A stretch of 64,000 nt of DNA from NCBI RefSeq assembly GCF_009914755.1, contig NC_060926.1; one strand, 5' to 3'. Made by a program: the position numbers and the translations under genes. Of the stretch, positions 17,000 to 27,728 are shown piece after piece. The notes under the pieces are model-generated. The model saw only the letters and a list, made by a program, of their open reading frames with translations, was not told the origin of the DNA and did not search any database. Position 1 is the first letter of the stretch, and the number at the start of each line of letters is the position of its first letter. This DNA is from the human T2T-CHM13v2.0 reference genome, Homo sapiens.

Positions 17000-17850
17000 A
17001 TGCACCTGTGGCTTACGCTACCACAGAGGGATGCATGGGGACTATGGGAGCCCAGATAAATAGGCCCCCAGCGCCACTGGACTTGCCATGTGGGAGGCGA
17101 CAGCTGAGAAGTCTGAGAAAACATAGAGGTTAGCCAAGCAACACTAGAAGAAGGGCAACCCACCAGAGGAAAGAGACATGCAGAGGCCCAGGTGCAGGTG
17201 GACATTGGTCTGTTCAGGAAGCTGATGTGGTTCTGGATAGCAGAAGCGCCAAGAGTTGGAAGGGAGATGTCTGGGAACAAGGCCACAGAGTTAGACATGG
17301 GGCAGATCCTGAAGGAACTGGTTAATGTTACTTTAATATGTGTATTTTTTGTTGTTGTTCTAGAATGAGGTATCACTTAAAACTTTGGAACAGGGCCTCA
17401 AGGAGCTCCCATGTGGTAGGGAACACAGATGTGGAGCTCTTTCAATGCAGCATGGAGAGTTGTGCACCAGAGTCAGCCACATGTCCCTCACGTCAAGCCT
17501 CATTTCTGGCTACTTCTCCTCACTCTACTCCAGCCACATGGGCCCCAAAGCATCGAGCAACTTCCAGCCTTTAGGACCATCATACCAGCTCTTCCCTCAG
17601 CCCAGAATGCTCTCCTACCCCTTTCCCCAGTCCTATATCCAACTAAATCCTTCAAGTCTCAGCTCAACTATTACTGCCTTACGGAAACCTAATTTGACTC
17701 CCCATTAATGTTTCTCTTGGCACTTTTTACTTTGGCAGCACTGATGACTTATACCTTTTAAAGAATATATTTATTTGTATTATTGTTTAATGCCAGAGCC
17801 CCTGAGGGCAAGGTTGAATATGTTTTGCTCATGACTGTATCCCTTGTGAT
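17000..17850. mobile_element. Two L2 fragments in opposite orientation (~17000-17390 minus, ~17430-17850 plus)
   Basis: GGGGCAGATCCTGAAGG; TTCCCTCAGCCCAGAATGCTCTCC, TCCTTCAAGTCTCAGCTCAA. Confidence 0.6.
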
Positions 17851-17921
17851 GATATCAAAAACTTGTATCAGTTAGAAAGAAAGAAAGAGAGAGAGAGAAA
17901 GAGAGAAAGAAAAAATAATGA

Positions 17922-18450
17922 AGTTCCAGTTATCTACCACTGCACAACAAACCATCTCAACATTTTACAACTTGAAACAGTAACCATTGTATTTTATCCC
18001 CCAACTTTGTGGGCTGGTAATTTGTGAAGGGATCAGCTAGGCAATTCATGTCTTCTATGGTCTCCATGAAGGTCATTCGATGGCATCAGATGGTAAATGG
18101 TCTAGTTTGGAGGGTCGAAGCTGGCTTTGCTTACATTTCTGGTGCCTTGATGGCTGGGGGGCCAGACTCATTTAGAACTACTGATGTGAATGGCTTCTCC
18201 AGTATGTTGCTATAAATAGGTTAGTCAAACTTTCTACGAGGTGGCTCAGAGGGAGGATCCCAAGAGACCCGGGTGGAAGCTTCAAAGTCATGTATGACCT
18301 ACCTTGAAAGTTCCAGACATTGACTTCCACTGCGTGCTACTGGCCAAGCGAGTCAGTAAGGCGATCCCGGATCAAGGGAGGGAATTAGAACCCAACTCCC
18401 ATGTGTAGAATGTCGAAGATGTTGCAGGCATCATCTCTAAGCCACCACAA
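17922..18450 (-). mobile_element. MLT1 solo LTR, old
   Basis: CAGTTATCTACCACTGCACAACAAACCATCTCAA...TCAAGGGAGGGAATTAGAACCCAACTC...CCACCACA. Confidence 0.7.
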
Positions 18451-18667
18451 TGGGGCGGGGGACAGGGGAATGACATTTATCCTTTCACAGTGGTCATCCT
18501 GACTATAGTGCCCAGAAAGAAAGAAAAAGGATGGAATATGCCTAGGGAGATCAATTCAGAACATAATAGAAATAAAAATACAAAAAAAGAGGGTTTAAAT
18601 GGTATCTACTGGAAGAGAAAAGGAGGCATGAATTTGAGAGATATTTTAGGAAGCAGTAGAAAGGAAC

Positions 18668-18912
18668 AGTAAGAGCATGGACTATGGAGCCACATCATCT
18701 AGCTTTGAATCCTTGTTCTGCCACATACCAATGGTGAGAGCTCTGGAAAACTAGTTGTTTTCTCTGGTCCTCAGTTTCCTCATCTGTAAAATAGGTATAA
18801 TAATTGTACTTATTTCACAGGGTTGTTGAACAGATTATATGAATTAATACATGGGGGAAAAGAGCCTAAAACAGTTTCTAGGTATACTAAGGGTACAATA
18901 AATATTAGCTCT
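18668..18912 (+). mobile_element. MIR
   Basis: AAGAGCATGGACTATGGAGCC...CCTCAGTTTCCTCATCTGTAAAAT. Confidence 0.85.
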
Positions 18913-20168
18913 TAAAGGAAAATAAATAAATAAAACTTACTAGGAGTCAAGTTTCGTCAGAAAGCCAAGGCATGGCTAGGGGAAATAGGAAAGGTTCCCT
19001 CTATCTATGTGTTCTGTTTGTCAGTGATGTTGAGGAGGCATTTTAAGCTTCCAACTTTGCAGCTGTAATGTACTTTGGAGTGTTGCATACTCCCACACCA
19101 CCTAGATATGGTTACTTGCTAGGTTTACTGAATTCAATACTAGTGAAAAAACGGGAGCAAATAAAAATGCATAGAGATGTTTGAAGTATGGAGGAGCTGA
19201 AGATGCTCTATAAAAAGACCTAAGTCCTAATAAAATACATGTAACTGCATTAGCCTGAGGGCCTGGTCTTTCCTGCTCTTCCATCTTTTAACTGACATTG
19301 ACCTTGCATCCACTCTCTTCCAGTCCCTGTGCCAGGTTCTGGGGATACGGTATGAACAAGACACTGTCCCTACATTTAATCCATAAACAAAGACATGCAA
19401 TGCAGTGTCACAAGGGCTGGATCTGGGAGATGAGGGGACCCTGTAGATGCATGTGAGGGGACATTCCAGGCTGATGAGTGGCATCCACAAAGCTATGGAG
19501 GCATCTGGGGTTGGTGCTTAGGGTAGCATCGGTGTGACTAGAGTGTGGGGAACAGTGGGCTTGGCAAGAGCAGAAGCCCAAGGGGCAGCATTCAGGCCAT
19601 GGCGATGTCTGCAGTGGTAGGCAATGGGCTGCGGGCATGTGGGCTCTTTATCTGGGTCTGCCTGCTGTCCTTCTGCAGAAATAGCCCATAAAGGCACTGA
19701 GATGCTGCCTGTCTAGCCCTTCACAGAGACAGAGGACCGGAATCAGTTTATTGCCATTCTCAGCTACTTCTTCAAAGTGCTTGAAGAGAGCAAACTGGTC
19801 ATCCGGGCACCAGGTACAAGGACAGGAGGAGTTTGTGTCTGGCCATTAACGCTCACGGGGACCCAGCAGGCCCACTGTGTGCCTCAGATCCTGAGACTAA
19901 GTCCTTTAGTCTTACCCTAACTTCCTGGCAGTGGAGGAGGATAGACAAACATCTGAACCCTCTGCTGCCTTCACCCGCCTGCCTGCCTCTGTGGGAGCCA
20001 GAAGAGATGAACCCCAAGGATGGGTCTTGCCAAGCTTCCCACGAGTTAATACGTGGCACCTAAACCCCAAACCCCAGAGGGAAAACAGCATGCCCTTGCC
20101 TCATTCAGCCTAAAACTGCATGGCAGGACCAAGGGTTTGGCTCCATGAGAATGTACATTGAGGAGTGG

Positions 20169-20538
20169 TGTGTTAGTCCTTTCTCATGCTGCTATAAAGA
20201 ACTGCCCGAGACTGGGTAATTTATAAAGGAAAGAGGCTTAATTGACTCACAGTTCCACAGGGCTAGGGAGGCCTCAGGAAACTTACAATCATGGGGGAAG
20301 GGGAAGCAAACACCTCCTTGTTCACATGGTAGCAGGAAGGAGAATGCCAAGCAAAATGGGGGAAAGCACCTTATAAAATCATCGGATCTTGTGAGAACTC
20401 ACTATCCCGAGAACAGCATGAGGGTAACAGCTTCCATGATTAAATTACCCCCCACCAGATCCCTCCCACAAGACTTGGGGATTATGGGAACTACAGTTCA
20501 AGGTGAGATTTAGGTGGGGACACAGCCAAACCCTATCA
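20169..20538 (-). mobile_element. THE1 solo LTR
   Basis: TGTGTTAGTCC...GAACTGCCCGAGACTGGGTAATTTATAAAGG...CACAGCCAAACCCTATCA; ~5-bp TSD (A/G)GTGG. Confidence 0.93.
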
Positions 20539-20589
20539 GGTGGCAAAATCCCCAGATGGAGTTTCCCCACCAATGAGCATCCAACAGTC

Positions 20590-20870
20590 CAGCAAAGCAC
20601 CTGATCCAGCCCTAATGCTGACCCCAACAGCAACCACACACTGACCCCAGCCTTGCATGGAACCCTAATCCAACCTAACCCTAACCTTACCGGACCCTTA
20701 CCCACTGTGCTTTAATACCATAGCAATCTGAATCCAAGTCCCCAGCCTCCCTAACCCGATGCTCACCCTGAATAAAATAACTAAAATAACTTCAACACCA
20801 ACATCCACTCCAATAAATCCTAGATTGCCTCTCAGCCCTAATTTTAGCTCCGATTCCAACTTCACCCCAG
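20590..20870. repeat. Degenerate CCCTAA/CCCCAA-like hexamer patch
   Basis: AACCCTAATCCAACCTAACCCTAACCTTAC, CCCTAACCC, GCCCTAATT. Confidence 0.55.
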
Positions 20871-22199
20871 GTCAAAGGAAACACAGAAAGGAATGGTCTC
20901 TGGGGAGAGAAGTGCTGCTGCCCCACAGTCTGGTGGTCTTGACCGACAGCTGTCTGCCATATGTAGCTTGAAATGTACCTGGAACAATTGTCCTTTGGGT
21001 TTAAAATCTGATAGAAGACTACTGCCATTATGAAAGGATTTAATACACAGAAATCTCTTTGGAAAGAACCAGACCTTAGAAGTTCATAGTTGAGAAATAG
21101 AGGCATTTGAGTTATTTCCTCTGTGAATAGTAGACAGGGATGGAAGTTCTTAAGAAACTCTTCTCCTCCAACCCCTGATCTGCAGGAGTCATCAGGAAAT
21201 GGGATTATCTTCAATTTATAAATGATGAATAATTGCCAGTTCTAAGCAGAGAGAGGAAGGGGGTACTGTGTCACAGACAGGAGAATACAAAGGGAGAAGC
21301 TAGATTTTTAAAAGAGACACCAGCATGTTTAATTCTTACTGTTCAGCCTCCTCCTGAGCCTGGAAGGCTGGTGCTGGGTGCCCAGCCTGTGGCCCGTAGG
21401 GTAAATGAGGGCTCCTGAGCCTGGCTCAGAGCGTGAGGCCCCAGGGTAAGTCCCAGAGTTGCACTCTGCTGGAGAAGGCAGAGGTCAGCCTAGAAATGTG
21501 ACACCAAAATGGGCTGTCAATCAAACAGAAGAGAAATAACAGAGGCTGAGACACAAAGCCCAAAGGCAGAATGGCAGGAGCCATCAGGGCCAGAAGGAGA
21601 AACAGCGGGTTGGGACAGGAAAATGGGGTGGGGGTGGGGGAAGGCAAGCAGTCTGAATTCAACCCAAGGGTCCAAGGCAGCACCTCAAGAGCTTTTACAC
21701 AATTACAGCACAAGTGCACATGGAAAAGTCAGATTCCTTTTTTAATAACTCCTTTCTCAGACTCAAAAAATTTAGAAGATTTAGAAAGTACAAAAAGTGT
21801 ATAGACGCCAAGTAAAACGAACTACAACCCTTGACTTGAGTGACGCTCATTTAAAGAGGCAGGACATTACTAGGACTTAAATTGTTTCAAGAATTTATCC
21901 CTTTACCCTCAAGTTTCAGCTACTAACATCTGAAAGAAAAAAAAAATACGGCTCTCTTACTTTGTCCAAGAGGACAAAGCCTCCTGAAAGGAAGTCAAGG
22001 CCACAGCTGATGGTAACAGAACAGATTCTGTTTCCTGCACTCCAGAAAAGGGGAGGCAGCTGTTCATTCAGAAAAGGGTTATTGATCATCTCCTATGTCT
22101 GGCACTGTGTTAGGCCCTGGGTTCCAGCACAGCAGATGCCATCCCTTCCCTTGGGGCACTTACACCTTCTGCAAAGGCTGCTGTGGTCCCTGAGGTCAT

Positions 22200-22472
22200 T
22201 CCTACAACACATCCCTGAAACATACCCACATGCACTCTCACACACCCCCACACGCACTCTCACACACCCCCACACACCACAGCATCACGCACAACTTGCA
22301 AACTGGAATACACAATCATCCACAGATACTCCCACTCACACACCCATATATCCACATCACATCACACTGACATATACTTACACAGACTACACACTCACAT
22401 GCAATGCACTCACCACACACACACACATTCCTACAACACGCTGTCACACATGCAGTAACTGCTAAACACACA
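22200..22472. repeat. CA-rich low-complexity tract
   Basis: Degenerate (CA)n. Confidence 0.85.
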
Positions 22473-23241
22473 CGAAGCAGTTATCTCCTCCTTCCTTTGT
22501 ACTCCCTTAGCTCCTGTGTAAAGTTAGCTGTGGCATTTACCATACTGTAATGTGATTAATTACATCATGCCTCTCCTCCACCTCTGCCTCAACCTGGAAA
22601 CTTCCTAAGTTCATTTCTGTAAGCCCATCTTCCTGCTCAGTGCCTGGCACATAGCAGGTGCTCAGTAATGTTCACTGCATGAACTTTGAATGCCTCCACT
22701 ATGGACTTCGGTCCAAGGAGCAAGTCTCACCCTCTCCTCCACTGGCTAGAGTTGGAGTTAAGGGGGAAAAACATCTAAGGGAGCCCCTCAGCAAATGTTC
22801 TAATACAAGGCTCTCCCAGCTCAGCTCTACAGCACCCAGTGATCCTTTCTGCTTGTCCCACTTGTTGGAGGGAAGCCAACGACCTTGTGAGAAGAGGCAG
22901 GAGAGACTTTGTCAGATCTGCATGGTGGTCTCAAGGTCCCTGCCCGATTCTCCCATTTCTCCCTTTTTCTTTTCACAATATTACTCCCCAGTAAACCTTT
23001 TGCACACAACTCCAAAAGGAGGAGTGGGAGGGAAAGGAGGAAGAGGAGCATGAAAGACTAGCTGCATCTCCACGGCATGCACCCATTAGTGAGAGCCACA
23101 AGCCTAGGTCTGACCTTTGGCTTCAAGGAGCCAGAAATCTGATTTCTCAGCCCTCTGAAGGTTGAGCAGGTGTCAGGAGACTGAGATGTGCTCACCAGTT
23201 CCATGCAGAATGGTAGGTAGACTGAGCAGCTGATAAATCTC

Positions 23242-23732
23242 AGGAGAGGGAGGGGAGGGGAGGGGAGGGGAAGAGAGGGAAGGGGAGGGGAGGGGCGAGG
23301 AGGGGAAGGGGGTGAGGAGGGGAAGGAGGGAGGAGGAGGGCAGATAAGCAGAGGGGAGGAGCAAGGGGGAAAGGAGGGAGAAGGGGAAGGGGAGGGGAGA
23401 GGAGGAGGGGAAGGGAGGGAGGGGAGGGAGAAGAGGAGGGGGAGGGCAGGGTAGGGGAGGGGAAGAGGAAGGCAGGAGAGGGGAGGGGAGAGGGGAGGGG
23501 AGGGGAAGGGAGGAGGTTGGCAGGGGAGGGGAGGAGAGGGGAGGAGTTGGGCAGGGGAGGGAAAGTGGGGGAGAAGGGGAGTGGAGGAGAGGAGAGAGGA
23601 AGGGGCAAGAAGGGAAGGGGAGGGCAGGAGAAAGGAATAAGGGAGAAGGGGAGGGCAGGGGAGGAGAGGGGAGGGGAGAGGAGGGGAAGGGAGGGAAAGG
23701 GAGGGAAAGAGAGGGGAAGGGAGGGGAAGGGA
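23242..23732. repeat. ~490-bp G/A-rich polypurine tract
   Basis: Almost exclusively G and A on the + strand (GGGGAGGG / GGAGGAG / GGGAAGGG motifs). Confidence 0.95.
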
Positions 23733-24519
23733 TGGCCCCAGATGCACCCTAGAGCACTCACTCCAACATCTGTAAGGTGCACTCTGAAGCAGCAGCCCAA
23801 TCCTTGGGGCTGCTAAAGCCCCACTATTCCCACAACCTTCTAGTGTCAGGTCAGCTCCAGGCCATGCCCAGGCCAAATGGAATACCAGCATAACTTCAGA
23901 GCCACCCACCCCTTCCCTGTCACAATACCTGTTGGGTTTGGCCATCGTTAGTCATCCCTGATGCTCTGCTGAGGTTGTGTGACACCCCCACACACAAACT
24001 CCCACCCCTCCCAGGCACCTTCACACACAAGCACAGCCCTGGGGGCAGCTCCCATTCCAATATCATGCTTAGGAACTTGACTCTGTCCCCAGGCTAAGCT
24101 TCCAGAGACCAGGACTTGCCCACGTCCCCCTCCCCCACCATAATACACCAATACTGAGTCCTCCCTTCTCTTTCTGCAAGAAGGCAGCAGCAAGCAAGAC
24201 CTTCTACTCTTTGGGGCTGTTTCCCCACCACCAGGCTGAGAGCTGTGCTCCACCTTGGGACGCATTAGCATTTTTAAGGTTCTTATTCCCATACACATCG
24301 TGCCCTGGGATTGTCCTCTTCCTTGAGGCATTAGCACCTTCCCTTCCTCTTTCTCACCCCAGCCCCGCCTGCCTGGGGTCAGCCTTCAATCCACACAGTG
24401 TCTGGGGAAGAGCCTAGAGGCCATGTCACACTTCCCCAGCATGTTTCACGGCCCATCTCTTCCTGTCGGAGGCACGTCCTGAAGTCCTGAGCCCCCTCCC
24501 ATCTTTTCTCCCTCCCCGC

Positions 24520-25010
24520 ACAAGAGGTGTTCCCATAATCAGTAGGCATCAGTCGGCTCTAATCAACCCCCTATTTTGACTATTTTAGCAGCAATAAAAG
24601 GGCCATAAAGACCAAGTCAGTGGGCCCTCTAGGAGCATGGCGCTCCTTCACTGTGATATAATGAAAAACACCAAGTGCTTCCTCGGAGCCCTAAGTGACA
24701 GCCCTGGCAGCAGAGCTATTGGGCGAAGCCTAATTATGCTATAAATTAAAGGGCTTTTTTCTTACCCTACATTATGACCTTTAATAAGATTGTTTTTACA
24801 ACCAGCTGTCAATAAATCATCCAGGAGCACCAGTGAGAAGCATTCTCTGAGAACTTCTGCGAATTTCATTAGCTGCAGTTTATTTGGTTTTGGTGAGCTA
24901 TGATGTTTTTTAAATCTCAAATTAAAGGCTCTGAACCATAAAAGCTAATTCAGAAAAGTTCCTGTTTCAGCCTCTGAAAACAAGCCCCCCTAATTGCAGA
25001 AATTAGCTGA
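24520..25010. promoter_or_regulatory. Candidate homeodomain (HOX/PBX/MEIS) enhancer
   Basis: Repeat-free AT-rich block with CAATAAAA, CCATAAA x2, TGACAG, TAATTA and the composite CTGTCA-ATAAATCA. Function is inferred. Confidence 0.5.
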
Positions 25011-25649
25011 GATGTGGCCAGGCCAGGAGGTCATTACTTGGGAAGCAATGACAAGTGCCTGAGGCTTCCCCAGGCTTGGCAGCCGTGGGCCCCCACAGAA
25101 CCTGAAGGTGACAGTCCCAGGGTGGACAGCTGGCCCTACCATGGCAAGGCCCTGGGAGGTCACAGCCCTGAAGACTGCTGAACTCAGGAGAGACAGGCCA
25201 GCTCACAAGCTTGGGCTGAAAGGAGCTAGCCCTGCCACCTGAGCCCAAGTCCTTGGCCAACTGATTCAGGAATCCCGCAAAACTGTTTAACCTATTCCTT
25301 GGAATGTCCCGCCTCCAGCTTTCTTAGAGTCCATTTCGTGTCCTCAGAACAGTGACACTTCATGTATGTGACTGTCTTTCTGAAATACATAACCAGCGAT
25401 AAATGAATACAATGTAAAAATGGTATATTCAGAGGTGTTGGCGATGACGATAAAGTCCACGGAGTCCACGCAGACATGGTCAATAGAAGCAGAGAAGATG
25501 ATGTGAGGGTGGTCGCCCACTTTCTAAGAGAGCAAGCAGGCCTGGTACATGCGATGCAGCAGCTAATGTGCTGGTGCAGGCCAATATCAGGAGGCCTGGA
25601 TTTAATTTCCAGCCCTACTATGAATTCTGGAAACTTGGGAAAGCACAGA

Positions 25650-25850
25650 TTATGAAGCCAGACAGACCTAGTTCAAATACTGGCTTCAACCCTTGCTAGC
25701 TGAGTGGCCTAAGGCAGGTTACTTCATCTTTCTGGACCTCAGTTTCCTCATCTGAAAAATGGGGACATTAGTACTTCCCCCAGAGGGTTGTGGTGAGGGT
25801 GAGTGAGCTGAGGCATATGAATCACCAGGCACAGTGCTGGCGTCTGTAAG
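25650..25850 (+). mobile_element. MIR
   Basis: AGCCAGACAGACCTAGTTCAAATACTGG...CCTCAGTTTCCTCATCTGAAAAATGGGG. Confidence 0.82.
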
Positions 25851-26039
25851 CTCTCAATTAACATCAGCTGGTAACAATTGTAGTAAGAGGCGTGACTGTA
25901 TTTACCTCCCTGGGCCTCAACTTTATCATCTGATTTCAACTTTATCAAATGATTTCTCAAGCCACTTGCATCACTGTACGGAAGTGATTCCAAGAGTTGT
26001 AAACTCCGCTGCTTAAACCTGCCAGAGGCCTCGCATTGC

Positions 26040-26465
26040 CCACAGGATTCAGTCTAAGCTCCTTGGAAACAGGCTGCCTGGTTGGGTCCCTGACTACCCC
26101 CTCCAGGTCCATCTCCTGCCAGTTGCAGTCAACAGAACATGTGTTCACAATACCCTCTACCTCTGGGCCCAAGCACAGTCTCCCCACTGGCTGGAATCAT
26201 TCCTTCCAGAGCCTCTTCACCTAGCTCATTCCTACTCTTTCTGCCAGCACCTAAAGTCACTTCTCCTAGGTACCCTTCCTAGCCCCCTCGTCCCCACCCC
26301 TCCACTCCTACATGTGCCGCTCTAATACCTGCTACTCCTGCTATCAGAGACCTCGTCACTTTGCACTGACCACTGTATCTAACCTGCTGTCCCCACCAAA
26401 GTAGGCAGCATAGACCGTGTCTGTTTTGGTCTCCTTGGATCCCCTAAGTCAATACTGTCCTTGGC
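26040..26465 (+). mobile_element. L2 fragment (host of the SVA; resumes at ~27742-27790)
   Basis: CTAGCTCATTCCTACTC, GTGTCTGTTTTGGT...TACTGTCCTTGGC|ATATGGTATGTGCTTAA. Confidence 0.6.
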
Positions 26466-27728
26466 GCTCCCTCTCCCTCTCCCTCTCCCCACGATCTCCC
26501 ACTCCCCACGGTCTCCCACTCCCCACGGTCTCCCTCTCCCTCTCTTTACAGGGTCTCCCTCTGATGCCGAGCCAAAGCTGGACTATACTGCTGCCATCTC
26601 GGCTCACTGCAACCTCCCTGCCTGATTCTCCTGCCTCAGCCTGCCGAGTGCCTGCGATTGCAGGCGCGCGCCGCCACGCCTGACTGGTTTTCGTATTTTT
26701 TTGGTGGAGACGGGGTTTCGCTGTGTTGGCCGGGCTGGTCTCCAGCTCCTAACCGCGAGTGATCCGCCAGCCTCGGCCTCCCGAGGTGCCGGGATTGCAG
26801 ACGGTGTCTGGTTCACTCAGTGCTCAATGGTGCCCAGGCTGGAGGGCAGTGGCGTGATCTCGGCTCGCTACAACCTCCACCTCCCAGACGCCTGCCTTGG
26901 CCTCCCAAAGTGCCCAGAGTGCAGCCTCTACCCGGCCGCCACCCCGTCTAGGAAGTGAGGAGCATCTCTGCCCGGCTGCCCATCGTCTGAGATGTGGGGA
27001 GCGCCTTTGCCCCGCCGCCCCGTCTGGGATGTGAGGAGCGTCTCTGCCCGGCCGCGACCCCGTCCGGGAGGTGAGGGGCGCCTCTGCCCGGCCGCCCCTA
27101 CTGGGAAGTGAGGAGCCCCTCTGCCCGGCCACCACCCCGTCTGGGAGGTGTGCCCAACAGCTCATTGAGAACGGGCCATGATGACAATGGTGGTTTTGTG
27201 GAATAGAAAGGGGGGAAAGGTGGGGAAAAGATTGAGAAATCGGATGGTTGCCGTGTCTGTGTGGAAAGGAGTAGACATGGGAGACTTTTCATTTTGTTCT
27301 GTACTAAGAAAAATTATTCTGCCTTGGGATCCTGTTGATCTGTGACCTTACACCCCAACCCTGTGCTCTCTGAAACATGTGCTGTGTCCACTCAGGGTTA
27401 AATGGATTAAGGGCAGTGCAAGACGTGCTTTGTTAAACAGATGCTTGAAGGCAGCATGCTGGTTAAGAGTCATCACCACTCCCTAATCTCAAGTACCCAG
27501 GGACACAAACACTGCGGAAGGCCTCAGGGTCCTCTGCCTAGGAAAACCAGAGACCTTTGTTCACTTGTTTATCTGCTGACCTTCCCTCCACTATTGTCCT
27601 ATGACCCTGCCAAATCCCCCTCTGTGAGAAACACCCAAGAATGATCAATAAAAATAAATAAATAAATTTTAAAAAGCTTGTATCTCAACATATAAAAATA
27701 TACTTTTTTATAGAATGGAAAAAAAAAA
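26466..27728 (+). mobile_element. SVA retrotransposon (SVA_D-like or younger), full length with short VNTR and 3' transduction
   Basis: CCCTCT hexamers, Alu-like domain, VNTR ~26920-27150, SINE-R to AATAAA 27647; 15-bp TSD AATACTGTCCTTGGC (26451-26465 / 27727-27741). Confidence 0.97.

Noticed and set aside
23058-23945. 295-aa Pro/Ser/Leu-rich ORF (longest in the track)
   Set aside because: Artefact of the C/T-only strand of the polypurine tract, which cannot form stop codons.
26134-26147. GRE-like AGAACA-TG-TGTTCA
   Set aside because: 2-bp rather than 3-bp spacer, and lies in L2-derived sequence.
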